Source of the DNA: Ramazzottius varieornatus
Taxonomy: Eukaryota; Animalia; Tardigrada
DNA length: 64,000 nt
NCBI GenBank assembly: GCA_001949185.1
Contig: BDGG01000009.1
Coordinates: 795,624 to 859,623 of the forward strand
Reading direction: 5' to 3'
Shown here: in pieces, positions 11,970 to 25,000 of the stretch
Position numbering within the stretch: the stretch's first letter is position 1
Layout: each line of letters opens with the position of its first letter
Notes under the pieces: generated by a model
The model's input: the letters and a program-made list of their open reading frames with translations, nothing else
What the model was told of the DNA's origin: nothing
The model's database searches: none
Made by a program: the position numbers and the translations under genes

Positions 11970-14900
11970 CTACAACTCTTCACGCTTGACTAGAAGGCCA
12001 TGCACTCGGAAGCGATAAAGGCAGGTATATTCTGGATTACCATGGTTCGACGTGATGCGTAGCTCCACAAAGGGGAAGGTCGTGCCAGGTTCCAGTTTAG
12101 TCTATCCGAACATAAAACTCGATCAAACAAAGATACAAAGGGACCTTTCGTGACAGCTTCATACCTGTATTTGGAAGTTCTGGAGAGAATCACCGTTGTC
12201 CTCGTACGTGTACTGTCCGAGGACGTACCCAGGACCTTGCTCGGAGGTCAACCCGTAGACTTCGAACTGCTTCGGTGCACTGTCAATCTTCCCGGTGGGC
12301 GAAAGCGCCTTCGGAAGATGCTCCAGAGTGAAACTGGTCGGACGAACTTGACCGGTCAGCTTAATGACGAGGTAGCCTTGGTTGCCTTTGAAAGCCCAGC
12401 ACTGCCCTGGCCTTATATCCGGCTATAATGGAAAAAAACCCAGACAAATGTAGAACAAAAATTTCCTTTCACAGAGGCCGGCAAACAAAGGCGGCAAGAG
12501 TGTTTTCTAAGTGGCGCACTCTTCCTGTTAGACTCTTTGATGTTACCTACTGGATTGACTATTCTACTGACCTGAATTGCTAGGCGTGGCGTTGTGGTCC
12601 AAGACCATAAAGGTATTCCGAAGAGACTGTAGCGAGCGTAACCCCATTTGTAATCCTCGGTGCAGCGCGTGCTAACCACAGTTGCACCTGTAAAGGAAGG
12701 ATAACAAGAGTACTGACAGGCTTTGTGGTATCATAAAGGGCTGCTCGAAAAAGCTTACCGGCAGATTCCAGAGCGTGATCCGGTTCACTGATTCTGTCTT
12801 CGTCATAACGCCTGATCGATTCTTTCACCACACGGCTGACATCCTCCAGCGTGAAGGACTCCCGCTCGCGTACGATATTGGGAACTAACTCCCTTCGCAA
12901 AGTCTACAACAAGGATAACATTCAGTAAGGAAAATGTTCACCATTAAAAATGTAGCATAATCCAATTAAAGGCCATACAATTTCTTCTTCGACGCGAACC
13001 AGCATCGTCCGTAGATCTTGGGTTATCGTCCGTAGTTCCTGCTCAGAACGCTCCCTATCTTTTCGCCATTTGCTGTTTTCACTGTCATCCTTGTCAAAAC
13101 CCTGTAACGGAACGAGGAAGTGAAACAGTTTGCTGGCGTTGAAACGGATAGCTAAAGCTAACTAGAAACATACATCAAGTTTCTGAAGGATCAGTCGGAC
13201 TTGCTCTTGAAGTAATCGGACATCGTCGCAGCAGTCTTTCATCGGCGGAAGATTCGGAGGCTGCACATGGATGTGGGTGACATTTTGAATCGCTTCGGAA
13301 GACTGGTTTGAGATCTGTCAAAACAGACAAACTAATGCTGTGTGACGGGGAGCACTACAAAGAACTCGACCAGACTGCATCCCAAATGGCGCATTCTTCC
13401 AGCCAATAACAACCGGAAACGTGCGTCGACTGGGAAAGCAGTCGAATTATACAGCATCGTTTACCCAAAGCCACCTTCATGGCCTGTTTCCCTGTAAAGT
13501 GACTTTGATCTGCCCAACTGGCGCACATTTCCGGTGTTACTGGCTGGAAACGTGCGCCATTTAGTAAGCGAGTGTCGAGTTTGCTGTCTAATTTCGGTCC
13601 TGACAATCACGACGATGAGGACCATATAAACCCATAAAAATTCATTGAGACGTACCATGATTGATGCATTATGCGATTCTTTGGTCCACGGAAAGTACGT
13701 CTTCTCGGCGAGATCATGGTAGAAGTTATATATCACAGACGGCGTGGCAATAAGGTCTTTGCGTAAAGCGGCCGGAGCGTACCACCATAAACCTGTGACA
13801 TAAAACAACATGAGAATGCTCAGTGTCAAAACAAGCTATAAAAGACTCAAGCAACGCTTACCGGTGAGAAGAGGAAAGAGGAACAACAAGAAGAGGAGCG
13901 GTATCCACCACCAGCGCCTCCGTCCTTTGTCGTCCTGCGAGACTTCTGTTATCGTTTTGGATATCCTATAAACACACCGGATAAATACTATCCAGATTTA
14001 CGATCGTGCTTATCAACGTTGCAACGGTAGTAACGTAGACTTACGTGGTGGTTGTGGTCGTGACGATGTCGATAAAGCGCCGCGTTATGTACTCAAACAT
14101 CGTGCCTGGATCATTGGAAGAGAGACATGATTAGCCTTTTGACAATAACAAGAAAGGAACTCGGTAAACAAGCTCGACCAGACCATTTTCAAAAGTGGCG
14201 CACGCCTACAGCCAGTTTCACTGCAAAAGTGCGCCACTTGGAAACGACGATCTGATCGGCTTTGTTTGGCGAGCTCCGAGATACAATTGAACAAACTCGG
14301 ACTTACGATCTTCTCTCCTTCGAGCGCTGGTTGAGCTGTAGAAAGAACCACGGGTGTTGCCAGTAGAGTCTTCGGCGTAAGCCTCGGACGCAACAGGGAA
14401 GGCATTGCCATCCGACTGACAAAACTCTTCCTCAGTCTCTTTGTTGTGATGGTTGCAGAGTTCCCGTTCTTCTCGCCGTAAAGCGCTGCTCAGTTGAAAC
14501 TGAGAAGAGCGTAGTTCCCGATTGGATTTGCCCGCTGAGATATAGGATCGATTCCATCTCTCGGAAACTAAGGAAGAAAGAAAGTATGAAAACGGGCTGA
14601 AGCCTTATAACCTGGCGCACTCACCATCGTTTCCGGAACGTGATTCCGGAGTGACACGACCACTAATGGTATTCAGCTGGAAGTTTTCATCGATGGCAGA
14701 GGATAAATGCTGGTCGTTATAGTCGTCCTGATTGTTTCTCGACGTTGTGGTGGTGGTTGTGATGGTTTTTTGGATGGTCCGTCTGTACAGCTTGGCCAGA
14801 TATTCCGCAAATCCGGTATAGACGGGTTCTAAAAAATGGTCAGTCAATCATTAACCTGTTACTGAAGTAATGCTGAGTCGAGAAAAATAAACATACCGGG

Positions 14901-15541
14901 CGAACTGGAATGGAATCGACTTTGGGAAAGTGCCACTTCGCTTCGGGCCGCACTGGAGTGAGACGACTGGCTGTAGTCGTACCCATGTTCAGTCAGCCTG
15001 GAGTAATGATCCAGACTGTAACGAGACATGTTGGGCATGGGAGGGTTGGGATCTCCATGGATATTATAGGGAAGACTGGAAGATCAGAAACATGATTTAT
15101 CCAACACTCATAACAAAACATCACATATTTGGTAGTTCGGTAAACAAATTCGACGAGATAGTGTTTCTCCATTGGCGCACTTTTCGAGTGTTATTGGCTG
15201 AAACCGTTGCGCCAGTTTGGAGATCGATCTTGTCAAGTTGTGTGTTGTTTCAAGTGGCGCACGTTTTTAGTATTACTGGCTGGAAGGATGCGCCACTTGG
15301 GGCACAGTTTGGTCGAGTTTCAAATTTAAGAAGTCGCTAGCGTTGAGATAAATAAACGTACCCGTTTGCGTAGGTATAGCCTGTTTTCGGCTTTTCATCC
15401 CTGAAACAAAAAACACGAGGTTGAGATGACATGATGTGGTAAAATGGAAGACGGTAAGGTTACAACGTACGACAGAATCTCGTCCAGAGATTCCAGCCCG
15501 GAAACAGGCGCTGATGACTTTACGCTTTTCCCCATCATCAT
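11970..15541 (-). CDS. SUN1: SUN-domain inner nuclear membrane protein (SUN1/2-like, multi-exon)
   Basis: N-terminal TGYTYA and PNMSRYSL (as in SUN1), TM segment WWWIPLLLLLFLFPLL, coiled coil, SUN domain DHALESAG..PRLAIQP..PGQCWAFKG..LEHLPK..SAPKQF..SNHGNPEYTCLYRFRVHG. Confidence 0.92.
13348..13590. repeat. Fold-back element, SUN1 intron
   Basis: GGGAGCAC..TGGCGCA cores with the shared spacer in both orientations. Confidence 0.8.
14157..14280. repeat. Fold-back element, 1 unit, SUN1 intron
   Basis: AACTCGGTAAACAAGCTCGACCAG..AAGTGGCGCAC-N25-GTGCGCCACTTGG..TTTGGCGAGCTCC. Confidence 0.9.
15130..15320. repeat. Fold-back element, 2 units, SUN1 intron
   Basis: Two cores with a TGTTATTGGCTG-type spacer. 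Confidence 0.85.
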
Positions 15542-17659
15542 GCCCTACGAAGTTAGATGTTTCCCAATCGGAACCCCTGATGATCGTTTTGGACACTAAT
15601 CCAGCAGATCTGAGAATGATCAAAGCTACTAACTGCTGGATCTGGGGTTTCAAGGCTCAAGGATGTTGATTTTGGAGGCAAACAGGGAGAACGAACACAG
15701 AATTTAAAAAGAAGTAATCTGTGTTGTGGTGTGTTAAGTGATTCATGACATGACATGAGAGTGATGAGACAGAGTATCTGACAGGCATGACTTATCAAGT
15801 GATCAGTCGAAACCGCCCAAGCAGGTCCCCAAGCGCCGAAATGACATCAGAATCTGACAAAAGCAGGTTTTATGTACGACTAAGTACTGCCGACCGCCGA
15901 CGCAGTATCTTAATTACTAGCTAGTGATTCTGACCACTGGGAAGGCCGAGCAGAAGCAAAGAAGAGCACAAGTTTTGCGAGTAAAAACGTTTGCTACTCG
16001 GATCAAGTTGCGCACTTATTTTCAGTACAGAGGTTGCGATATCCGAAAGCTCGAACAATCTGATCGTCCATTGAAGTCTCGACAGACTTAAAAGGGCTTC
16101 GCTTCGCTCGATTAAAGGATTAATCATGGGTATAAACTTTGCTTATTATGGCGTTTGATAATAACCAGACGACAATGGTGATTACAATTGTACAGTGGCT
16201 TTGGAGTATACAGCTGTGAAAGTCAGTTCCATTTGGGCCTCGAAGGCTCGTGCGGGCTGTTCGGTAAAACTATAGGGAATATCCTTTCAAGTTTTTGTTA
16301 GATAATACCGGTCTCACTTTAATTATGGTGTGAAACCTGACGTGCGGCCCACGCTTGGTGCTTCCGGGTATTGGAAAGCAAATGATGACAAAAAGCTTCC
16401 TGAATATTGGCACTTCACGTTAATGGTAATCTGCTTATCGGTCGATATTCCACTGTTTCAATTGTTCCCTACAGCACTTACGTTCTTCTCAAATATTCCA
16501 CAATGGACTCTATGGCCGGATTACGCGAAAGATTCTCCTTTGTATAGCAGAAATTGTGCAACTTGTGCAGTGCACGCGATATAGAGATTCCGTGCGAGGA
16601 GCTCGTATTTTCTGTCTGAGTCGATCGATCCGAGATGTCCTCCCCGAAAGTCTCCACAGATTCGCAAAACCTGACTTTATGTGTCCCGTTGGCTTTTTCA
16701 GTAGCTCCATTCACATCCGAATGCCTGTTGAACAGAAGAAAAACATTGTTGCACACTTAACCGAACTCGACCAGAATACTATCTCAAGTGGCGCACGCCT
16801 CGAGCCAATAACACTGAGAACGTGCGTTATTTGGTAAATGATCTGGTCAGGTTGGTTTGCCGAGCACAAAGGGAAGCGGTCAAGCATAACGAAGCTGACC
16901 ACTTCAGCATGTAGGTCATACTTACCACGTGGTGATGTTTTGACTGATGGTTTTTTTTCCCATTTTCAGCTGGCTCTCCGCGCGAACCACGCCCGATGTT
17001 GCGGAGGGTGAGTTGGGTTTCTCACGTTCACTCGACCTCATCACCAAATCCTAAACGATCATAAACGATATTCAATACACTAAGGCAATACTGGCCAACA
17101 AAGGAATAATAGGAGGACCGATGAGCCGCGAAAATAACCTGAGTTTATGGGTCCGAGATTCCGCATAACTTTCGTAAAGCACACATCGCGGTCAACAAAA
17201 TATTTTTATCACGGCGGCATCCTTTGCCTCGTGGTCGAAGTGATTACGTCAAATAGCGTAACATACCCATCAGTATATGTAGTAGCAGTGTCAAGATGGC
17301 CTACAGATGCGTCACAGCTCATTCACAAATTTGAACGATGGGCACTCGGCTAATTATTCCACATTCCCAACACGATGTCACAACAGCGTAAAAGACATAA
17401 CCAGCGCTAATAGAAATGGTGCGTGTTTAAAAGCGCTGCGTCAAACACGTCCTACAACTTTCACAACTAAACACATATTTCTTGGCAGTGAAGACTGTCA
17501 ATCTCCGTCCAAACTTTGTTGCTGACACATGTGCACAAGAAAGAAGTCGTGTTACAAGGTTTGTAAAGCGATTAGACTAGTGTGGCTGAAGAGATCTTCT
17601 CGGTTTGAGTGCTTAGCGCCAATCACCGCACTTCCCTTTCCAAGCTACTGTACGTGAAT

Positions 17660-17852
17660 CGTCGACAAATGAATTCACCCAGCTCGTTTTCTCAGATGGC
17701 GTACGTCATCAGTGTCACTGGCTGGAGATGTGCGCCACTCAAGATAACAACGGCTGTTATTTCAAGTGGCGCACGTTTTCATTTTTGTTGGCTGAAAGCG
17801 TGCGCCACTTGCGGAAAGACTCTGAGCGAAATCATCTGCTGACGTCCCATAT
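17660..17852. repeat. Fold-back element, 2 units, intergenic
   Basis: Two cores; ends GACGTCCCATAT. Confidence 0.85.
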
Positions 17853-18443
17853 ATATACTGGGCTGAAGACTACTTTGGTGAGCCATAAGGTCGTTCCCTC
17901 TCATATTTCCAATCGTAATAGATCGATAGGTGCGATAAAGTCATGCCGAATGCTCACTGGAGAGGGAAGCGCAGTAGAGCGGACAAGATCGTTAAAAACG
18001 CTCATAAAAATTGATCCGCCATTTGATGTCTTCATCTCGCCCCAACGACGTTCCGCATCTCGAATTTCACAAGCACAACTCTAAAACCTTTCTACAGCAT
18101 TCTTGACATACGCGAGTGTATTCAAGACGCAACTGAATATTCCCAGCGACATCTGGTAACTTACTTGAACTGATTTTGATATGCATCCTCTTTCAGTCCG
18201 TCCATAACACCGAAATGTCATGTCCACACTTTGTTTTGACGGAATGAAAATAAACAGTGATGCTACAGGCGCGACAGGAATCACCATGTGTCCATGTCGC
18301 CTTCCCATCGCGTACAAAGTGCGGTTCAAATAACTCGAATACTACTGTCCGAACTCACGGCAAAAATATCAAGATTAGCAAAGGAAACGCCCATGCAGTC
18401 ATCTTTTGACGCCTTTCAATATTCCATGAACCAAAATGACAAT

Positions 18444-20458
18444 CTAATTTACGTAACAAAAGTTTCTGGAAGAAGATTTCACCGACCGGACCTGTGGTTC
18501 TTTTTCCGTCGAGGACGAATCCTGTGCTTGCGAAAGTTGAACGTCGTTCCGCGTACTATTCAGCCTCGACCGAAGACTGCCCAGGTGGAACTGCAGGTCG
18601 GCAAAGGTGCCCTCCGAACGACCCTGCATCAGTGAAGAACACTTCTAAGCGAATAAAGTCTCCGAAATGACCCATCACAGACATAGGTAAACGAACTCGA
18701 CATGGTAATGTTTTCTGAGTGGCGCATGTGTCCAGCGAATAACACCAGAAACGGTGCGCCACTTGGAAAACGAACTCTGACGGCTTGCTCTCCCAAATGG
18801 CGCGCGTTTTCGGTATCATCAGCTGAAAGCGTGCGCCACTTCGAAGAACCATATTGTCGACTTTGTTTTCCGAACTCGCGTTCTGCTAACAAAATAGCAT
18901 GTTCGACAATCTTCACGAAAACGTTCCCTAAATTGGGGTGACTATATGGTACCTTCATAGCTTCGTAGTCGAAAGCCGCCACTGTGGCTTCGATACCGGT
19001 CATCTCGCGTGTGGGTTTTTCGCCAAAAAGGATTTTCAGGTCCTCGGACAGAGGAACTGGACGAAGCCACGGACACCAGGAAGCATGGCCTGTCCGACAA
19101 TCGAAACGATACTCCACTTCCGGTTGAGACCATGCCGAGAACATGCTGGTGTGGAAGTTGTCTTTCTCATTCTGTTCGAGAACCGACAAGCGGTCAAGCG
19201 GACAGAACTTCGAGTAGTCGACTTCTCGACGGCACTCCCTACAGCTAAGGCAGCCGTCTTCGGGGCTCAAACGTCTGGAAGAGATAAACGACGTCCTAAT
19301 TAGGGTTCTGTTTTCAGATTTTACTACCCTTAAAGAATGACCAATCGTAACTTACGTCCCGGCTAGCCGCCAACCGTACAGGGCCAGAATGACAGCAGTC
19401 TTTCGGACCGTCAACTTTTCGCTGGTCAGTGCTTTCGGTTCATCCATACTGCTCAAGACTTTCTCATCCAAACGTTCCTATAGAGAAAAGGAGGAAAAAA
19501 GCTATCACTACTGCCACACCCTGCCTGGTTCGTACGTAGCTCGTTACAACATACCGAGACTTCGTTGACTTACGTAGAGTTCAACAGACAAGACGGGTAG
19601 TTTTTCCGAACAGGTAAGCAAAGATTCCAGGCGTGTAGCGAACCACTGCCGAAAAGACCGTAGACTGAAGTTGGCGAATTGATTCACAGCGAACCCTGTC
19701 CATGAGCCCAATCAACTGTTATCAACATACCATCGACGACAGGGACGCTTACAGATGAACAGGGATAGGAAAACCCAAACTCGGACAAACGCACCTGTCC
19801 ATAAAGGCTGACGTTTACAAGAAAGCTCGTGGCCACCGTCTTCTACCTTTGTCAGGAAATCCGCAATCAAGGAGCTTCCTTCAAGACAGCATAGAAACCG
19901 GTTCAGACCCACTACTTACTATGTGCCAACTAAGCCGGCAGAGATTCTTCAACATCCCCAAGAGACTAGGTCAAAAGCATACGCATGATCTGGTCCGTGG
20001 GAGAATGACCAACGAAGACTTGGTGATAGGAGAAGAGGTCGAACGTATAGGCTATGTGGCAGGAGGAACATCTGACGCCGCCAGGAGAGTAGCATTCCCA
20101 TCCATTCACAGCAAGGTCGATGGGGTTCAGAGGCCACGGTATACCTTGCCAGCCATCAACCTACAATCAGAGATCATCTGTCAACGTACCTACTTCATGA
20201 AATGATAGAAGAATGGACTCAGACAAAACATACCGTGTAAGAGTCCAATAAGCGATAATATTCGTTAATTCTCAGCTTCCATCGCAGTTCTTCCATCTGC
20301 TCCATTGTAGACACCAGAGCATCGTCCCGCATCGGCGGTGTCGGTCGCTTCCGACGAGCCCTTCTTGCGTTCTGGCTCTCGTATAGGGCGCGAATTCTTT
20401 CCACGCCAGTGGTGTTCTGCTTAGAGCTACTCCGACTTGGTGGCAAAGATGAAGACAT
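18444..20458 (-). CDS. ZC3HC1: ZC3HC1/NIPA (Rsm1/Pml39 family) C3HC zinc-finger nuclear basket protein (multi-exon)
   Basis: RLLDSY/..WQGIPWPLNPIDLAVNGWE..VRCSSC..GHELSC; second module AVILALYGW..LSCRECRR..FDCRTGHASWCPW. Confidence 0.8.
18684..18878. repeat. Fold-back element, 2 units, ZC3HC1 last intron
   Basis: GAGTGGCGCAT..GTGCGCCACTTGG and AAATGGCGCGC..GTGCGCCACTTCG. Confidence 0.87.
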
Positions 20459-20459
20459 G

Positions 20460-20979
20460 GAGTCGGTTGCAGTTTCCGTTCAGCGGATGCGTGGGTTCGT
20501 TGGAACCAAGGTACCTAAAAAAACAGCAGGTAGCCTCGTAATCTGTGTATTGTTTCGGTAGAACGGGTCCAGACACGAGCTTCGGGAATCGGGATTCAAT
20601 ATTAGTAACCGGACTCTGGATGATCGAGCAACTAGATCTGACTCAACTAAGAATACTGTTACAGCACATAAACGGTACGTCATGTGATGTCATGTCATGG
20701 CAGGAGCAGAGGAGGTTGGCAAGCCCTCTGGTCGAAAATCATTTCCGAATTCCCTTTCCCATTTTTCTGACCTCAATCAGTCATTCCTCTTCCCTTCCGC
20801 TTCCGATATCGTAGTTCGGATCTTGGACCTCACGTTTAGGTTTGTCGCGAGCGTGGGCTTACGAGTCTTGCACCTGCTGTGGGATCGGTGGACGTCTTCG
20901 CGGCTGCAGGTAAGCTAACCGGCTGACGGAGCCATCTTGCCAAAGCGATCACAAACTGCAGTGCTGTTCTTCTTGCAGA
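20460..20979. promoter_or_regulatory. Putative bidirectional promoter ZC3HC1/SNRPD3
   Basis: Head-to-head genes about 520 bp apart; GTCATGTGATGTCATGTCATG at approx 20678 and CTTCCGCTTCCG at approx 20794. Confidence 0.6.
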
Positions 20980-21452
20980 ATGTCGATCGGCATCCCAATC
21001 AAGATTTTACATGAAGCAGAGGGGCACATAATCACAGTGGAAACCAACGAAGGCGAAGTTTACAGAGGCAAGCTGGTGGAAGCCGAAGACAACATGAATT
21101 CCCAACTGATCCAGGTCAGTGTAACACATCGCGATGGAAGGGTATCGCAGTTGGATAACGTCTTTATCCGCGGCAGTAAAGTGCGCTTCATGATCCTACC
21201 TGACATGCTAAAGAACGCGCCCATGCTGAAGAAGCCTGATCGACAGAAAGGTGGTGCGGGAGTGGGCAAGTCGGCCATCTTGCGTGCGCAGGCAGCTCGG
21301 GGAAGAGGACGAGCGCGAGGTAAGGCTGTACATTGAGGTAACGGTTGATTGTTGATTCAGTGTGGTTAGTTCCTCTGTTGCTCACAGGTCCTCGCGGCAT
21401 GATGCCATTCCGTGGCGGAAGAGGACGTGGAGAAGGAAAGCCACCGCAGTAA
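20980..21452 (+). CDS. SNRPD3: Small nuclear ribonucleoprotein Sm D3 (2 coding exons, plus a 5' UTR intron approx 20910-20978)
   Basis: [56 protein letters not shown]; RG-rich tail. Confidence 0.97.
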
Positions 21453-21735
21453 ACGATCTCTACGTTTTTAAGAGTGCAAGTCATCCTTCATAGGTTTTCT
21501 GCGAGGGCTTCTATCCATGTTCTCGAAGACGTTGTTGAAGCTACACTACAGTACCAAAATTTAGTCTGACCATGCTTGACCATTCATTCTCCAATCACTG
21601 TACGACATGATCAGCTCTTCAGCCGCTGTTTTTGTTACTATCTGTTCCTTACATCCTCATAATATTCCTTCATAGCTTCTTGATCGCGCCGCGACCACAT
21701 GCAACCCGTAAGTTGTTGCACTACGTATGTGAATG

Positions 21736-21865
21736 ATATGGGATGTCGGCAAATGGAATCATCCAATCGTTTTCTCAAGCGGCGCACGCTTCCAGCCAAT
21801 ATCACTGAAAACGTGCGTCGCTTGGGAAAGGGATTTGGTCGAGCTTATTTGCCGAGCTCCCATAT
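21736..21865. mobile_element. Complete single-unit fold-back (MITE-like) element between convergent SNRPD3 and GPCR 3' ends
   Basis: ATATGGGATGTCGGCAAAT...CAAGCGGCGCAC-GCTTCCAGCCAATATCACTGAAAAC-GTGCGTCGCTTG...ATTTGCCGAGCTCCCATAT, 130 bp, inverted ends. Confidence 0.88.
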
Positions 21866-22002
21866 GCTGCGCTGTCATCCGTGATATTTATAAGAGGTGC
21901 GACGATATTGTAGAGTAGTTCCAAGAGCATCGATAGAAGCTTTAACCACAAAGGTACTCGAAAAACCTATCATTTGTCGAAGTGCGAAAGGTGGTCGTGG
22001 AG

Positions 22003-25000
22003 TTATTGAACGCTGAGGCTTCTTTGCAGAGTGTTGCATCGACTTCTGGGTTTCTTGTCCTGTCCACGTCCCGGTTCCTCGTCGAAAGGTATCTCGTTGA
22101 CGATGGAGCTACTCTCCGCATTCAAGTCAATGTGACAGTGGCTAGTCTCTCGTTCCTCGCTACTGGTAGTCTGGCAGATAAAGCTAGCCTTGGTGGATTT
22201 GCTTTGCCGTAGTCCCGGCTTCGTCGGTTGATATTTTTGTAGGTTCGCTGTCGGTGTGATAACTTCGTAGCTTCTAGCGTTTATCGTGTAGGGAAGTGCT
22301 AGCAAGCGTCCGGAGTTGAGCTTTGGGGTGTTTGAAAGGGATGCGGTATCAGCAGACTCGATACTTCGGTGACTTCCGTGTGTACCATAGCGTTGTGTAA
22401 AGTGGCTATTCTGGAACAAGGAAGTTGAATGGAAACTGCGGATGCTGTTGGCTGGCGTCAGGGTCATCTTATTGTTGTTGGCAGTTGATCTCGTCGAGAA
22501 ATTGAACCGAAAGAAGCGGCCAGTGTCGTATATATTCAGGGAACTGTCGAAGTCGGAGGAGCTTTCAGTGGGGAATTTTTGGCGGAAGCTGGAGTGGTGT
22601 AAGCTCTGTTGGTAGGAACTGTGGCGAGACAAGTGCCTCGCTTCCGATAAACTCAGCTTCTGACCGGGTTTCACCGAGCAGCCAAACATGCGACTGACGG
22701 TGCGACGGTAATTTTGCCGGAAGCTGGGTGCCATTAGGTAGATTATTGGATTGACGGCCGAGTTGCAAAAGCCGAAAGCGTTGATCATCAGCATTGTGAA
22801 ATACTGAAATGCTCTTGCGTTAGTTTTCATCGGTGGATACTTTCTCGCCAAGATGGAGTAGGAAAAACGACATCTTGTAGCTCGGCAGACAAACTCGGCC
22901 TGATTGTAATCCCAAGTGGCGCGGACTCCCAGCCAGTATCACCGAAAGCGTGCTCCGCTTGGAAAAATAATCTGGTCCGGTTTGTTTGTCCAGCTTCTGT
23001 ATATTCAGGCAGACTTACGAAGTTACTATCATTGAGGAAATTCCATCCGAACTGCGTGAAGATGGTTGTTACGAAATACGGCGACCAGCAGACTGAAATA
23101 TGATTGAAATCTGATTAAAAGTCCAACTTTCAAAGTCAAGTGTTCTTTTGATCTGTGTTGTTCTTCGACGTCCCTGCCTTTTTGCAGACCCGGAAATGAA
23201 ATTACGCGCGTACCAAGGAATGCTATGTTGATTGTGACCATCATGATAGCGACCTGAAAAAGAAGAATCCCTTGTCGTCCATGGACATTTGTTGGCACTT
23301 GCAATTGGCTTTTTGCGTACTAGCGTCTCTTAAAAAATCATCTCTAACTTCTGTAAATCCGTCACGAGGTTGAGCTTTTTTAGTTTAAGGTTCATTGATG
23401 GTTGCAGAAGCCTTGCAATCCTTCTAATTACAGTTCAATCATGTGACACGATGCTCGGCTTCAGCTACGTACGTTCGTGGTTATGCAAGTTTTTGGGATC
23501 TCGGGTACTACGGAAAAGGGTTTTTCCTCTCAATTTTCGAAAGGTTTATTCTGTTTGTCGGTTCACTGATTTCTACAGCCATACTATAGGTAACATACGT
23601 ACACACCCGTCGACGATTCTCCAGTTGTTTCTTGAACGCCTGATCCACCGACATGGAAGAGCGGATGGAGCTATTATTGCTAATGCTGTCTAGGGAAATC
23701 GTCATGTCTCGGCTTTGCCGCGAATACAAAGTTATGACGACTCGGGCATTGAGGGTGGCGATTACAATCCCCGGCAGAACGTAGAGCACCACAAAGAGGA
23801 ACAAGAAATAGACCTGGAAAAACCTCAAGGTTAAATCTTCACCTTGAGCTTAGGTCTGCTTCAAAATAAAAACTTCAAAACTCTTTTTGTTTCTCGCTTA
23901 CGAACCCGTCGGAAATTAGGATGAAGCAGATCGTCAAAATCATCGGTACAAAATGCTCGATCTATGGTTCCCCAAGAGCTCTTCAAGTATGCGTTGAGTT
24001 GTTGAGCAGGAAGAAGATAGGGAGCGCTGAGGATGAACGCCGATAACCAGCTGATTAGCAGGAAAAGCCTCATGCGGTGTACTTTTTCCCAACGACGCGA
24101 GCGTAACGGATGGACAATCACGAGGTACCTGTAGAATAGCTGAGGTCGTTAGTGTGGAATGCGGACTGTACAGTGTTGAATGGGAAGAATTGGTAGCTAG
24201 GTCGCCAAACTAATCCACCCAGACCGTTTCTGCAAGTCGCGTAAGTCTTCAACGAATAATGATCAGATCGTGCGCCAGCTGAAATGGAACAAGAACTTTT
24301 CGCAAGTGGCGTACGTCCTCGGCCAACAGCAATGACAACGTGCATCACTTGCGAGAGCAGTAAAACTGGACAAGACCGTTTCCGCAAGTGGCGCACGCTC
24401 TGATCCCGTTTCAATTAAAACGTGCGCCACTTAGGAAATGATCAGGGTAAAATTGCTTTGCTGGAGTTTTGATTTCTGTGCTCAAGTTTTCGGCGTTCCT
24501 CTGCGTTGGTAAAAGCTTGAAAAGATTTTGGAAGACGAAGATAGCGCAGTGGAGCAGTTAGGAGTTGAAAAAACTAGCCGAGTTATAGTTTCGACATAGG
24601 TCGCCGGTCAATTTCACGGTCGAACGCCCACATGCATCATTCCGGTTCCTGCTACCGGAATGCTTCGGTCTGATACCCTGTTCGAGATCCGGAAGCCGAA
24701 AAAGTACAGTAATCGCCGTCGGTTCGTCGGGAAAGTTCATGACTGACGTGGGTACTTATGCCGAAGTACGGCATGGGTGAATTATTTAGCAGTGAATTAC
24801 GGACAAGTTCACGACGGTTAACTTTACGCCCTACTAACTTGCAAAAGGGTTCTGAGTGCTCACCGTTCACCCGATACCACAAGCAAGGTCACAATCGTTA
24901 TGAAAATGGTCAGCGACTGGCCGAACTGCAGACATGTGCAGGTTGCATTCCCAAAGAACCTGCAAAACTGTACCGTACATTTTGTTTATTATCTATCGGA

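Noticed and set aside
11970-20458. Functional nuclear-envelope cluster (SUN1 next to ZC3HC1)
   Set aside because: Two neighbours in a gene-dense mixed region are easily explained by chance; no synteny data available.
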